From a virus, in the IMG/VR virus record IMGVR_UViG_3300009151_000031: a stretch of DNA of 64,000 nt; one strand, written 5' to 3'. This document shows, one piece after another, positions 9,936-19,885 of the stretch. The notes beneath the pieces are model-generated. The model was not told the origin of the DNA and made no database searches. It saw nothing but the letters and a program-made list of their open reading frames with translations. Both the position numbers and the translations under genes were made by a program. The first letter of the stretch is position 1. Every line of letters starts with the position of its first letter.

Positions 9936-10445
9936 ATGTTGATATTTTTGGATACGGAATTCACAGATTTTCCCGAGTCGGAATGTGACTTAATCTCCAT
10001 TGGATTAGTTGACGAAAATGATCGAGAATTTTATGCAGAGCTAACAGACTATAGGCAAGAAGCCTGTAGTGGCTTTGTTCGAGAAGTAGTACTTCCGTTA
10101 TTGGGTCAGCATAAAAACAGAATAACAGGCCCTCGCTACATGATAGCCAAAGAGCTTGCAGAATGGTTAGAGCTGTATCGTGAAACGGAATGTACCATTT
10201 GTTTTGATTACAATACAGATTGGCAGTTGATGCGTAACATGATAATGTTACTGCCCGACGACATGTTGCCCGATTTTTTAACAACAAAAAATATTTGGGG
10301 CGATATAGATCAACAAGCATTAGATTGGTTTTGGTTGGAAAGAGACACAATAGGATGGAAACCGCACATGGCATTGTATGATGCCCATGCAAATAAATTC
10401 GCATATAAACCCTTAGTAAAGGCAAGACATGAAACTCAACGGTAA
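9936..10445 (+). CDS. DEDD-type 3'-5' exoribonuclease (Rv2179c-like)
   Basis: IFLDTEFT...LISIGLV...FYAE...DYNTDW...HMALYDA motifs. Confidence 0.8.
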   Translation: MLIFLDTEFTDFPESECDLISIGLVDENDREFYAELTDYRQEACSGFVREVVLPLLGQHKNRITGPRYMIAKELAEWLELYRETECTICFDYNTDWQLMRNMIMLLPDDMLPDFLTTKNIWGDIDQQALDWFWLERDTIGWKPHMALYDAHANKFAYKPLVKARHETQR

Positions 10446-11598
10446 AACAGTACGGTCAAAAGTAAAAGTACAACGCAACCCATTGATGGTTGATGAAAAG
10501 TACACAGGCGGTGAGCCAGTGTGGGATACTGAACGTGCCACAGCATTTGACGATGCTACATTTGATCATTTTATGCGTCAAAGTTTTTACTACTACAATT
10601 ACTATTACAGCCAAAAAGATTGTAAAAAGTATGTGATAGAGTGGATGAAAACTCCTGAGCTTAAATTCACTGCCGCCGACATCAAAACATTCCAACGTAG
10701 TCCTGACAAGGCAATTGAAATGACAGCGTGTAGTCTTATTATGGCCAATCGCGCTGGCATGCCATTCCGTGGGCGCCATGTTGAGTATATTAAAGGTTGT
10801 ATTGCTCGAGCAATTACTAGCACAGCCGATGAAGTTGAAGAAGCAGTGGCAGACAAGCCTAAAGCATACGTTCCTACTATTCAAGACAGGATGAACGAAA
10901 AGACAGCAGATACCATTGGTGAGCTTGAAGGACATTATGATGAGTTCATGATGAATTCCGAGTATCAGTTTAAGTGTTATGATTTCTTGGTTGCTAACAA
11001 CGTACCGCAAAGTCAATTAAGCAAGTATGAAGAAGTGTACCAGGGCAGATTTAACGAGCTCAAAGCCGCATACGAAAAACAAGATGAACAATTGGTTGAA
11101 GGTTACAGCCATTTAAGAGCCGCAGACTTTAAACGGTTCTTTACCTTCCTTGATCAAATTTTAAACGACATACAACAGTATCGCGGTGTTAAAAAAGCTA
11201 CCAAAAAAGTACGTGCTCCAAAGAGTGTAAGTAAAGAAAAAGTAGTCAGCAAGCTCAAGTATTCCAAAGAAGATAAAGTACTTCGATTGATTAGTATTAA
11301 CCCTGCAGATATCATTGGCTCACAGGAACTATGGGTGTATAATAGTAAAACACGCAAGTTAGGCAAGTATGTAGCCGACAGCATCATCGGTCCCTTGAAC
11401 GTCAAAGGAACCACGATTATTGGCTACGATGAGTTCAAAAGCATAACAAAAACACTTCGTAAACCGGAGGAAAAGCTCAAGGAGTTTGCCAAGGCTAGTA
11501 AGGTACAGTTACGTAAGTTTATTGAAGATATTAAAGCTACTGAAACTAAACTAAATGGTCGAATAAGTGCCGACGTAGTGCTATTACGCACAGCCTAA
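10429..11598 (+). CDS. Hypothetical protein (basic C-terminus)
   Basis: 389-aa ORF overlapping the upstream gene, with phage-like codon usage. No catalytic motif recognised. Confidence 0.6.
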   Translation: MKLNGKTVRSKVKVQRNPLMVDEKYTGGEPVWDTERATAFDDATFDHFMRQSFYYYNYYYSQKDCKKYVIEWMKTPELKFTAADIKTFQRSPDKAIEMTACSLIMANRAGMPFRGRHVEYIKGCIARAITSTADEVEEAVADKPKAYVPTIQDRMNEKTADTIGELEGHYDEFMMNSEYQFKCYDFLVANNVPQSQLSKYEEVYQGRFNELKAAYEKQDEQLVEGYSHLRAADFKRFFTFLDQILNDIQQYRGVKKATKKVRAPKSVSKEKVVSKLKYSKEDKVLRLISINPADIIGSQELWVYNSKTRKLGKYVADSIIGPLNVKGTTIIGYDEFKSITKTLRKPEEKLKEFAKASKVQLRKFIEDIKATETKLNGRISADVVLLRTA

Positions 11599-11649
11599 TT
11601 AGAGCTGTACTCCGTTGTATGGAATAAATACTGTATAACGGAGTAATCA

Positions 11650-12606
11650 ATGGCTACACCATTCACTAATGCAGTTACAGTTGAACCAGGGTTCGACAGT
11701 CAAAACAACATAACAGCCAAGAGCCTGTTTAATGCAAATACAGGTGCTCAGTCGGGCGCCCATATTGCATTCGATGGAAATCCTACAGTTACAAATCCTG
11801 GTGTTACTGATCCTAACTGGACGTATGGCAATACTACAGACAGTATGCGAGGCAGTATTGTTGACTATATTCGTATGCGATTAGGTGACGGCATTGTAGA
11901 CGTAGAGCTTGAAAAAGAACACTACGAAATGGGTATTAATCAAGCCCTGATCAAGTATCGTCAAAAAGCACAAAACTCCACAGAAGAATCTTATGCGTTC
12001 TTGAAGCTAGAACCCGAGACACAAGAGTACATTCTGCCTAAAGAAATTCAGACTGTTAAAGCTATACACCGTCGTGGTATTGGTAGCGTAACAGGTACAA
12101 CAGCTAGCCAATTTGAACCATTTGCAAGTGGCTACCTGAACACTTATATGCTAACCGCAGGTCGCGTTGGCGGTCTAACAAACTATGAATTGTTTGTTGA
12201 CTATCAAAAATTAGCCATGCGTATGTTTGGTGGTTATATGAACTTTACATTTAATCCTGTAACCAAGAAACTTACACTAGTACGTAAGATGCCTTTCCAA
12301 GGTGCTAACCCTGATCAAGCACAACAGGAAAGTGTGTTATTACATATTTTTAATACCAAGCCTGATCAAATGATCTTTAACGACACTTATGCTTTTCCTT
12401 GGATTCAAGAATATGCGTACAGTTTCTGCAAACGCATCCTTGGTGAAGCACGTAGTAAGTTTAATCAAATTGCTGGCCCACAAGGTGGTACTTCATTAAA
12501 CGGTGATGCTTTGAAAAATGAAGCACAAGCCGAAATGGAAAAATTAGAAGAAGATCTTAAAACTTATGTTGATGGCAGTCAGCCACTAACCTGGGTAACT
12601 GGATAA
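11650..12606 (+). CDS. gp13: Neck / head-tail adaptor (T4 gp13-like)
   Basis: RLGDGIVDVEL...ALIKY...KFNQIAGPQGGTSLNGDAL.NEA..E..KLEE. Late promoter aaTAAATA at 11623-11630. Confidence 0.8.
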   Translation: MATPFTNAVTVEPGFDSQNNITAKSLFNANTGAQSGAHIAFDGNPTVTNPGVTDPNWTYGNTTDSMRGSIVDYIRMRLGDGIVDVELEKEHYEMGINQALIKYRQKAQNSTEESYAFLKLEPETQEYILPKEIQTVKAIHRRGIGSVTGTTASQFEPFASGYLNTYMLTAGRVGGLTNYELFVDYQKLAMRMFGGYMNFTFNPVTKKLTLVRKMPFQGANPDQAQQESVLLHIFNTKPDQMIFNDTYAFPWIQEYAYSFCKRILGEARSKFNQIAGPQGGTSLNGDALKNEAQAEMEKLEEDLKTYVDGSQPLTWVTG

Positions 12607-12613
12607 GTATAGT

Positions 12614-12982
12614 ATGAAGATCACAGAAATTATCATTGAATCCCAATTACCAGCAGATCAGGTATCTGCTACGCCTGGGATGAAAATACATAAAGAATTA
12701 CAAAGCTCAGATCCATATGATGCTTATAAATTTGGTGTTAACATGGGCGGTGCCCCGGATTTTCATCATCCGCCCGACCTCGAAGGCCCAGCAGGTCAAT
12801 CATTGATAACTGTGGCATATACCGATGCGTGTGAAGCCATTATTGATGCTACAGAAAAAGCACATGGCGTAAAAAGCAAACGTATTAGCCCACGTGGTAG
12901 CCAAGAAGCTGACTTTATCCAAAAAGTTAGCCCACATCGAAATCCAGGGCCAATTACACTTAACCGTAAACCTAAAAAATAA
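12614..12982 (+). CDS. Hypothetical protein, possible internal head protein
   Basis: 122-aa ORF starting MKITEIIIES. Confidence 0.5.
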   Translation: MKITEIIIESQLPADQVSATPGMKIHKELQSSDPYDAYKFGVNMGGAPDFHHPPDLEGPAGQSLITVAYTDACEAIIDATEKAHGVKSKRISPRGSQEADFIQKVSPHRNPGPITLNRKPKK

Positions 12983-13038
12983 CTTGACTTTATATTAAAA
13001 ATATGTAAAAATAGCTCTTATACACTAGGAGCTTTTTT

Positions 13039-13719
13039 ATGATCATTGGCATCTGCGGATTTATTGGTAGCGGTAAAGACACTATTGCTGACTACTTGGT
13101 TAACTTCCACGAATTTAGGCGTGACAGCTATGCTGGTACTCTTAAAGATGCTGTGGCCGCTGTGTTTAACTGGGATCGTGAGTTACTAGAAGGACGCACC
13201 AAACAAGCTCGTGAGTGGCGCGAACAAGTAGATCCATGGTGGGCTGAACGCTTGAACATGCCTGCCTTAACTCCTAGACTGGTACTACAGCTATGGGGAA
13301 CGGAAGTGTGCCGCAAAGGCTTTCACGACGATATTTGGATTGCCAGCGTGGAAAACAAACTGCGGTCAAGCAGAGATAACATTGTTATCAGCGATTGCCG
13401 TTTCCCTAACGAAATTAAAAGTATTAAACAAGCCGGTGGCAGAGTTGTTTGGGTCAAGCGTGGCGAACTACCCAATTGGTGTCAAACAGCAGTTTTAGCC
13501 AATGGCGGCAATGTTGAAAAACAAACAGAATTAAAACAGCTAGGTGTTCACGTTAGCGAAACTGCTTGGGTTGGTACTAAGTTTGATGTTTTAATTGATA
13601 ATAACGGAAGCATTGAAGACCTATACAGTCAAGTTAAAAGTCTGGTGTTAGTGGAGCCGCCTTCCAGGCCAAGCGGGACCTATAAACCTCTGACTGACAG
13701 TTTAAGCATACTGTCTTAA
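13039..13719 (+). CDS. gp1: Deoxynucleoside monophosphate kinase (T4 gp1-like)
   Basis: IIGICGFIGSGKDT P-loop, LQLWGTE..R, VISDCRFPNE. Confidence 0.9.
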   Translation: MIIGICGFIGSGKDTIADYLVNFHEFRRDSYAGTLKDAVAAVFNWDRELLEGRTKQAREWREQVDPWWAERLNMPALTPRLVLQLWGTEVCRKGFHDDIWIASVENKLRSSRDNIVISDCRFPNEIKSIKQAGGRVVWVKRGELPNWCQTAVLANGGNVEKQTELKQLGVHVSETAWVGTKFDVLIDNNGSIEDLYSQVKSLVLVEPPSRPSGTYKPLTDSLSILS

Positions 13720-13984
13720 GATTAAAGTGATTGTTATTCTTTAAGTTGCCGTCAACGTAAAACACATTTAGTTGTTCCGGTAATTTAGCCTTAAAATTGC
13801 ATTTCTCACATACAGGCTTTTTCTTATAGCCGGCCTTCTGCCATGCAGTTGGTTCTTTCTTTAAAGTTTTGCCTTTCCTGCTACAACTAGAACAAATATT
13901 ACGGTAATGGTGTATACCATCCTTGATATAGTTCACTGCTACAGCATTGACGTGGCATACTGGGCACAAATTGCGATTTAACAT
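13634..13984 (-). CDS. Zinc-binding HNH-like protein, apparently degenerate
   Basis: CxxC pairs and VDGNLKNNNHFNLKTVCLNC. Start placed at MLNRNLC, just after a reverse TAAATA at 13990-13995. Confidence 0.6.
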   Translation of the reverse strand: MLNRNLCPVCHVNAVAVNYIKDGIHHYRNICSSCSRKGKTLKKEPTAWQKAGYKKKPVCEKCNFKAKLPEQLNVFYVDGNLKNNNHFNLKTVCLNCQSEVYRSRLAWKAAPLTPDF

Positions 13985-14046
13985 ACAGTTATTTACCCCA
14001 AACCTTTGCAAAGGCACCTGCAACTGCCATCATTTTGTGCCTTTAT

Positions 14047-14054
14047 TATAAATA
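14047..14054 (+). promoter_or_regulatory. T4-late-type promoter TATAAATA
   Basis: Exact consensus upstream of the sheath gene. Confidence 0.75.
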
Positions 14055-14085
14055 ACTGTAACATGTAATTTAAAGGAAGATCACC

Positions 14086-17000
14086 ATGGCACTAGTATCC
14101 CCAGGAGTATCGATCAGTATTAATGATCAGAGTCAATATGTTGCAAGCAATGTAGGTTCTGTTCCATTAGTTATCTTGGCAACTGCTCAAGATAAAACAT
14201 ATAACAATTCCGCCGCAACTGGCACAAGCAAAGCCAATGCTGGTAAGCTACAAGCGTTTACAAGTCAACGTGACTTGATTACAGCAATGGGCACACCAAC
14301 ATTCCAACTTAGCGCCGCTGGCACACCATTAAATGGTAGCGAGCTAAACGAATACGGTCTGTTAACAGCATATTCAGCACTAGGTTTAAGCAATCAGTTA
14401 TTTGCTATTCGTGCAGATGTTAACCTAAACGAGCTTGTTGGTACAAGCAATCGTCCAGTTGGCATGGTTGACGATGGCACCTATTGGTTAGACTTGGCCA
14501 ACACAGATTTTGGTATTTACAGTTCAAACGGAACTACACCTGCATCATTTACTAGCGTTAGTCCATTATTAATTACTGATACATCACAAGTAGTTAATAT
14601 TAGCGATATTCCGACTCCAATTGCGGCAATTGGCGCACAAGGTAGCTATGCATTAGTATTTGTTGGAGTAAATAATGCTCCAGTAACAGCCGTGCGTTTG
14701 TTCTACAAAGCCACCGCAGTCAACAGCGCAAGCCTAACAAACAGCTGGGTACAAGTTGGTTCCACAGCATGGCAAACCAGTACTGTCACAGTACAAGGAA
14801 ATATTCCTAGCCCAACAGTACCAACAAGTGCTTCATTTAAAATTAACAACGTAACTATTAACACTAGCGCAATTAATGCTACTGTTGGTGCATTAGCAAC
14901 GGCTATTAACACAGCCGCAGTCACTGGCGTTACTGCATTAGCAGTACCTGGACAAGGTCTAGCATTATTTGCCACAAGTGCTGCCGGCACTAATTTGGGC
15001 ACAATGACATTATCTAACGATGCATCTGGTGTATTTGCTTCTTGCGGTATTACTTTATCTACATACCATGCACCTATTATGTCTTACGGTACATTTGCAC
15101 AAGAACCAAGTGCAGGTTGGTCGGCATATCCAGCTGGTACAATTTGGTGGAAAACAACTGCAACAGGTAGTGGTTTTAGCCCAGCACTTAAAAAATACAG
15201 CATGTCCAAGGATTCGTGGCAAGCTATTCCGGCCCCAATGTATGATTACCCACCCAGTGCAATTTATGGCCTAGATCCAATTGGTGGCGGCGCAAATCTT
15301 GTACACGGTCAAGTAGTTTCTTTCTTTGGTGCTACTGATTCAACTGCTAATAGATTAAGTTTTAGCGAGCAACAGGTAGGAACACAAACGGTTGCCACTG
15401 GTGGTACACCAACTGCGTTCCCGGGAACAGGTTCGTTTACTATCCAAGCAACTGCACCAGGAACTCCAAATATGAGTTCAGCAGTTACTATTAGCCCAAC
15501 ATCTGGCGCAAGCGGATTCGTTACTGCAATTTTAGCGGCTAACATTCCTTACGTTACAGCACAATCTAATACTGATGGTACAGTAAGCGTTATCCATACC
15601 AAAGGCGGACATATCGTTCTAGCTCAAGTAACTGGTACGAACTTAGCTAATGCTGGATTTGTTACAGGTAGCGGATCAGGCTTTGTAGTACTAGACAACG
15701 GAAACATTGCTGTTAACAATTGGAACGGTATTACACGTTCTGTTGTTTACAGTTCAACAGAGCCATATGCCGCCCCAGCAGATGGCACACTATGGTACTA
15801 CAGCAATCCAACAGACATCGATGTAATGATCAGTGATGTTGGTGGGTGGAAAGGTTACAAAAACGTTTCTGCAGATATTCGTGGTTACAACTTAGGAAAC
15901 ACAGATCCAGCAGGTGTTATCGTGTCTGGAACACAACCAACTAGCCAATCTGACAGCTCAATATTAGAAGCTGGCGACTTATGGTTGGATACATCAGACT
16001 TAGTAAACTTCCCGGCTCTATCACGTTACAATGGTACTGCATGGGTAGCAATTGATAACACTGATCATATTAGCAACAATGGTATTATTTTTGCTGATGC
16101 ACGGTGGGACGGTACAGCCGGCAGTTCAGTTGGTAATACCACTGATGTTGCCGCAGGCGTATTGCCTTCAACAGTTACACTATTAACAAGTAATCATACT
16201 GATGTTGATTGCCCAGATTATCGTTTATATCCACGTGGAACAATCTTGTTCAACACACGTCGTTCAGGCTACAACATTAAGAAATTTGTAGGCAATTACT
16301 TTACTCAGTTCTCTGGCACGTCCGGATATGTAGTTAAAGATGCTTGGGTTAGTGTAAGTGGTCTTAAAGAAGATGGTACTATGTATGCTGGTTCCGCCGC
16401 ACAACGTAACATTGTTGTTGCCGCAATGAAATCAGCTGTTGACAGCAACACTGATGTACTAGATGCAAACTATAATTTTAACTTGTTAGTTGCTCCTGGT
16501 TATCCAGAGTTAATTCCTAACTTGGTAACATTAAACAACAACCGTACAAGTACAGGTTTTATTATCGGTGACACGCCAATGACATTGGCACCAAACGTAA
16601 CTGATATTACAGCATGGGAAAGTAACAAAAATGGTAACGGACTAGCAACAGCTAGCCCATATCTAGGTGTATATTACCCAGCTGGTTTAACAAACGACTT
16701 GGCAGGCAACACAGTAGCAGTACCAGCAAGTCACGCAGTATTACGTACATTCTTGTACAATGACCAAGTTGCATATCAGTGGTTTGCTCCAGCTGGTGTT
16801 AACCGTGGCCTAGTAAGCAACCTAAGTGACATTGGTTACGTTGATATCAACTCAGGTGCATTTGTACACAACGGTGTTAACCAAGGTCTACGTGATGCAT
16901 TGTACAGTATTAACGTTAACCCAATTACACAATTGCCTGGCACAGGATTAGTTGTATGGGGTCAAGAAACACGTAGTGGTGCTGAAACAGCACGTAATCG

Positions 17001-17328
17001 TGTAAACGTTGTTCGCTTAGAAAACTACTTACGTACAATCTTTGCCACAATCAGCAATGGCTTCTTGTTTGAACCAAACGATACAATTACACGTAAGAGT
17101 ATTGCAACTCAAATTGAAAGCGCATGTAACGATTTATTAAGCAAGCGTGGTCTATATGACTTCTTAGTAATCTGCGACACAAGTAATAACACACCAAGCA
17201 CTATTGCTAATAATCAACTGTATGTTGACGTAGCAATTGAGCCAATGCGTGATGTTGAGTTTATCTACATTCCAATTGCGTTATACAATCCCGGAACTGT
17301 AAAACAGCTTGGTGCAAGTTCAACTTAA
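14086..17328 (+). CDS. gp18: Tail sheath protein
   Basis: LVSPGVSI.I.D N-terminus. C-terminal WFAPAGVNRG...INVNPI..G.VVWGQ.T...RVNVVRL...FEPND...LY.F.VICD.SNNT..I.NNQLYVDVAIEP. Confidence 0.95.
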   Translation: MALVSPGVSISINDQSQYVASNVGSVPLVILATAQDKTYNNSAATGTSKANAGKLQAFTSQRDLITAMGTPTFQLSAAGTPLNGSELNEYGLLTAYSALGLSNQLFAIRADVNLNELVGTSNRPVGMVDDGTYWLDLANTDFGIYSSNGTTPASFTSVSPLLITDTSQVVNISDIPTPIAAIGAQGSYALVFVGVNNAPVTAVRLFYKATAVNSASLTNSWVQVGSTAWQTSTVTVQGNIPSPTVPTSASFKINNVTINTSAINATVGALATAINTAAVTGVTALAVPGQGLALFATSAAGTNLGTMTLSNDASGVFASCGITLSTYHAPIMSYGTFAQEPSAGWSAYPAGTIWWKTTATGSGFSPALKKYSMSKDSWQAIPAPMYDYPPSAIYGLDPIGGGANLVHGQVVSFFGATDSTANRLSFSEQQVGTQTVATGGTPTAFPGTGSFTIQATAPGTPNMSSAVTISPTSGASGFVTAILAANIPYVTAQSNTDGTVSVIHTKGGHIVLAQVTGTNLANAGFVTGSGSGFVVLDNGNIAVNNWNGITRSVVYSSTEPYAAPADGTLWYYSNPTDIDVMISDVGGWKGYKNVSADIRGYNLGNTDPAGVIVSGTQPTSQSDSSILEAGDLWLDTSDLVNFPALSRYNGTAWVAIDNTDHISNNGIIFADARWDGTAGSSVGNTTDVAAGVLPSTVTLLTSNHTDVDCPDYRLYPRGTILFNTRRSGYNIKKFVGNYFTQFSGTSGYVVKDAWVSVSGLKEDGTMYAGSAAQRNIVVAAMKSAVDSNTDVLDANYNFNLLVAPGYPELIPNLVTLNNNRTSTGFIIGDTPMTLAPNVTDITAWESNKNGNGLATASPYLGVYYPAGLTNDLAGNTVAVPASHAVLRTFLYNDQVAYQWFAPAGVNRGLVSNLSDIGYVDINSGAFVHNGVNQGLRDALYSINVNPITQLPGTGLVVWGQETRSGAETARNRVNVVRLENYLRTIFATISNGFLFEPNDTITRKSIATQIESACNDLLSKRGLYDFLVICDTSNNTPSTIANNQLYVDVAIEPMRDVEFIYIPIALYNPGTVKQLGASST

Positions 17329-17335
17329 GAATATA

Positions 17336-17343
17336 GATAAATA
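17336..17343 (+). promoter_or_regulatory. Late-type promoter (gaTAAATA)
   Basis: Upstream of AGGAG RBS and tail tube start. Confidence 0.6.
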
Positions 17344-17361
17344 AGAGTATAGGAGAATATT

Positions 17362-17976
17362 ATGGCCGTAGCAAGTTTAAGTAAGTTTACAGTTCCTTTA
17401 GCGAACAACCAGTCAGCAGACAATCAAGGTCTGTTAATGCCAAAATTATCGTATCGCTTCCGTGCGAACTTTATCAACTTTGGCGTTACAAACCAAACAA
17501 ACGAATTGACTAAGCAGGTTGTTGATATCAAGCGTCCAAACGTAAACTTTACACCAATTACACTTGATGTTTACAACAGTAAGGTATACTTACAAGGTAA
17601 ACCAGAGTGGCAAGAAACAACAATCAACTTACGTGATGACAGCACCGGTGCAGTTAGTAAGTTAGTTGGGCAACAAGTTCAGAAACAGTATGACTTTATG
17701 GAACAAGCTAGTGCGGCAGCTGGTATTAACTACAAGTTCCAACTAACATACGAAATGTTAGATGGCGGCAATGGTACAGTTATGCCTAATGTTCTTGAAG
17801 CATGGGAATTAGACGGTTGCTTCCTAAGTCAAGTTGACTGGGGTTCAATGGACTACAAGAGTAACGATCCAGTGCAAATCGCTTTAACAATTCGCTTCGA
17901 CAATGCTATTCAAACAGTTGGTGGCGGCGTTGGTACTAGCGTAGTTAGCATGACACCTGGTTCTAGTGTAAACTAA
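17362..17976 (+). CDS. gp19: Tail tube protein
   Basis: Follows sheath. YRFR..F, KVYLQGKPEWQETTINLRDD, WEL.GCF..Q pattern. Confidence 0.9.
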   Translation: MAVASLSKFTVPLANNQSADNQGLLMPKLSYRFRANFINFGVTNQTNELTKQVVDIKRPNVNFTPITLDVYNSKVYLQGKPEWQETTINLRDDSTGAVSKLVGQQVQKQYDFMEQASAAAGINYKFQLTYEMLDGGNGTVMPNVLEAWELDGCFLSQVDWGSMDYKSNDPVQIALTIRFDNAIQTVGGGVGTSVVSMTPGSSVN

Positions 17977-17996
17977 TTAGTCGTTTTAAATAAACT

Positions 17997-18024
17997 AAAC
18001 CCGGATTAAAACCCGGGTTTTTTT
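17997..18024 (+). terminator. Intrinsic terminator
   Basis: aaacccgg/ccgggttt hairpin followed by a T run. Confidence 0.8.
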
Positions 18025-18041
18025 ATGGCATAAATATTAGT

Positions 18042-19481
18042 ATGAACCAACAACCGCAAGAAACTATTTTACGTAGCTATCAACATGGTAAGAAAATATT
18101 TGTTGATAGTAACTTCCGACTGAGTCCCAAGTATGGTTTTTTATTCTATGTTGAGTTTGACTTCAATCCGCTAATTACTGAAATTAGCAATCAAGCCGCG
18201 CAAGAACTAGGCATGGTAGTTAAGTCAGTGTCGTTGCCAAAATTTTCAATTGATACCAAAGTACATAATGCGTATAATCGCAGAAATCTTGTACAGAACA
18301 AAATTAACTATGATCCAGTAAACATTAGTTTCCGTGATGACCAAGCAGATAACGTAAAACAATTTTGGTATGACTACTATAGTTATTTCTATCGCGACCC
18401 AGACTATGCTGACGCAACATATTCGGCACAGCACAAATATCAAAGCCGTCCAAGTTTTGACTGGGGATACAGTCCACGACCAGCAGTAGGATACAATAAT
18501 GCAAATGGTACACAACCAGTACAGTATATACAAGCAATAAGAATTTATAGTTTATACCAAGGTAACTTTAGCGAATACCAATTAGTCAATCCAATGATTA
18601 CTAGATTTGCTCATAGTGATCACGACATTAGCAACAGTGATTTTATGTCAATGGACATGACAGTAAACTATGAAACCGTGAAATACTTAGAAGGAAAAGT
18701 TACAAACAATACAGTGGGTGGATTCATGGATTTGCATTACGATACTACACCAAGTCCATACCCTAGTTACCCAGGCACTACACAAAATGCTCCGCAATCT
18801 AGCTCTAACACAAATCAAATAACAGATTTAGCCAACAATCAAACGGCTATCATGCCATTTATTCGCAGTGACGTTGCGCTACAAGCGGCCAGCGGAAACC
18901 CGTCTAATGCAGTTGCACCATTATTTAATCAAGTAACTAACGGCATGGCAGGCGGCGGAAATGGTGGCGGTTATAGTATACCAAGTCTTGGCAGCTTAAC
19001 ACAAGGTGTTACTGGTAGTGCGGTGCTAGGACAACAATTACAATCTGCTGGTATTGGCCTAGTAGGAAGTGCTACCAGTACATTAGCAAACGGTATTACC
19101 GGCGCAATAGCAAAAGGGCTTGGGCCCAATGGTTCAAGTATTGTGGGTATGGCCGCAAGTATTATTGCTAATCCAAATCAAGCATTAAAGACTATTGAAA
19201 ACATGGCTACCTCATTGGTACTTGGTATTGGTATGAATTATTTAAATACAAAAATTGCAGAAGGGGTAGGAATATTATCGGGGGGTATTGAAAAAGGTGT
19301 AGCTGGTGGTGTAACCTCGTTATCAACAGCATGGGGTGATTCGTCGACTACACTTGGCGGTATAAACCTTGGAGTAAGTAATTTTCTTAACAACAATCTT
19401 CCGATTAATCTCAATACTAGTTTTGTGCCAGCCTCTCGGTTAGCGTTCGACCCATTGACTCATACTGATTCGGACTTCTAA
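18042..19481 (+). CDS. Tail-tube-fold baseplate protein (gp54/gp48-like tube initiator) with low-complexity C-terminus
   Basis: VKSVSLPKFSIDT..NAYNR..QNKINYDPVNISFRDD tube-fold pattern. Promoter caTAAATA at 18029-18036. Confidence 0.6.
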   Translation: MNQQPQETILRSYQHGKKIFVDSNFRLSPKYGFLFYVEFDFNPLITEISNQAAQELGMVVKSVSLPKFSIDTKVHNAYNRRNLVQNKINYDPVNISFRDDQADNVKQFWYDYYSYFYRDPDYADATYSAQHKYQSRPSFDWGYSPRPAVGYNNANGTQPVQYIQAIRIYSLYQGNFSEYQLVNPMITRFAHSDHDISNSDFMSMDMTVNYETVKYLEGKVTNNTVGGFMDLHYDTTPSPYPSYPGTTQNAPQSSSNTNQITDLANNQTAIMPFIRSDVALQAASGNPSNAVAPLFNQVTNGMAGGGNGGGYSIPSLGSLTQGVTGSAVLGQQLQSAGIGLVGSATSTLANGITGAIAKGLGPNGSSIVGMAASIIANPNQALKTIENMATSLVLGIGMNYLNTKIAEGVGILSGGIEKGVAGGVTSLSTAWGDSSTTLGGINLGVSNFLNNNLPINLNTSFVPASRLAFDPLTHTDSDF

Positions 19482-19483
19482 CT

Positions 19484-19885
19484 ATGTCATCTAATAGCCA
19501 GTCAACAACAGCAACGAACATAACGGCACCTGACCTTACTCCTGCGACCGCAAAAAACAAAGCACCAAAATATTTTAATAATTTTTATGCCACTCCGTTT
19601 AATGTAAGTGCAGGTACCAATGATGCTATTGTTGCATTCTTTGAAAAATATACTCAAAATGCCACTGCTGGAAAAAACATGGCATCGGCAGTATTGTATA
19701 CTGCAATGGCACAAAATATTGATCCAATGTCAGTACTAAGTGAATTTCAAAATTTACCTCGGGGCGAGTTAAATTCATACCTTGCGGCATTCCTAAATAT
19801 TAGTCGAGCACCCACTAGTAGCCTTGGTATTAACAACGGCACCAAAACAACCAGCACATATATATCTAGAAGTATTATTTTATAA
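19484..19885 (+). CDS. Hypothetical protein
   Basis: 133-aa ORF coupled to its neighbours. Confidence 0.6.
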   Translation: MSSNSQSTTATNITAPDLTPATAKNKAPKYFNNFYATPFNVSAGTNDAIVAFFEKYTQNATAGKNMASAVLYTAMAQNIDPMSVLSEFQNLPRGELNSYLAAFLNISRAPTSSLGINNGTKTTSTYISRSIIL

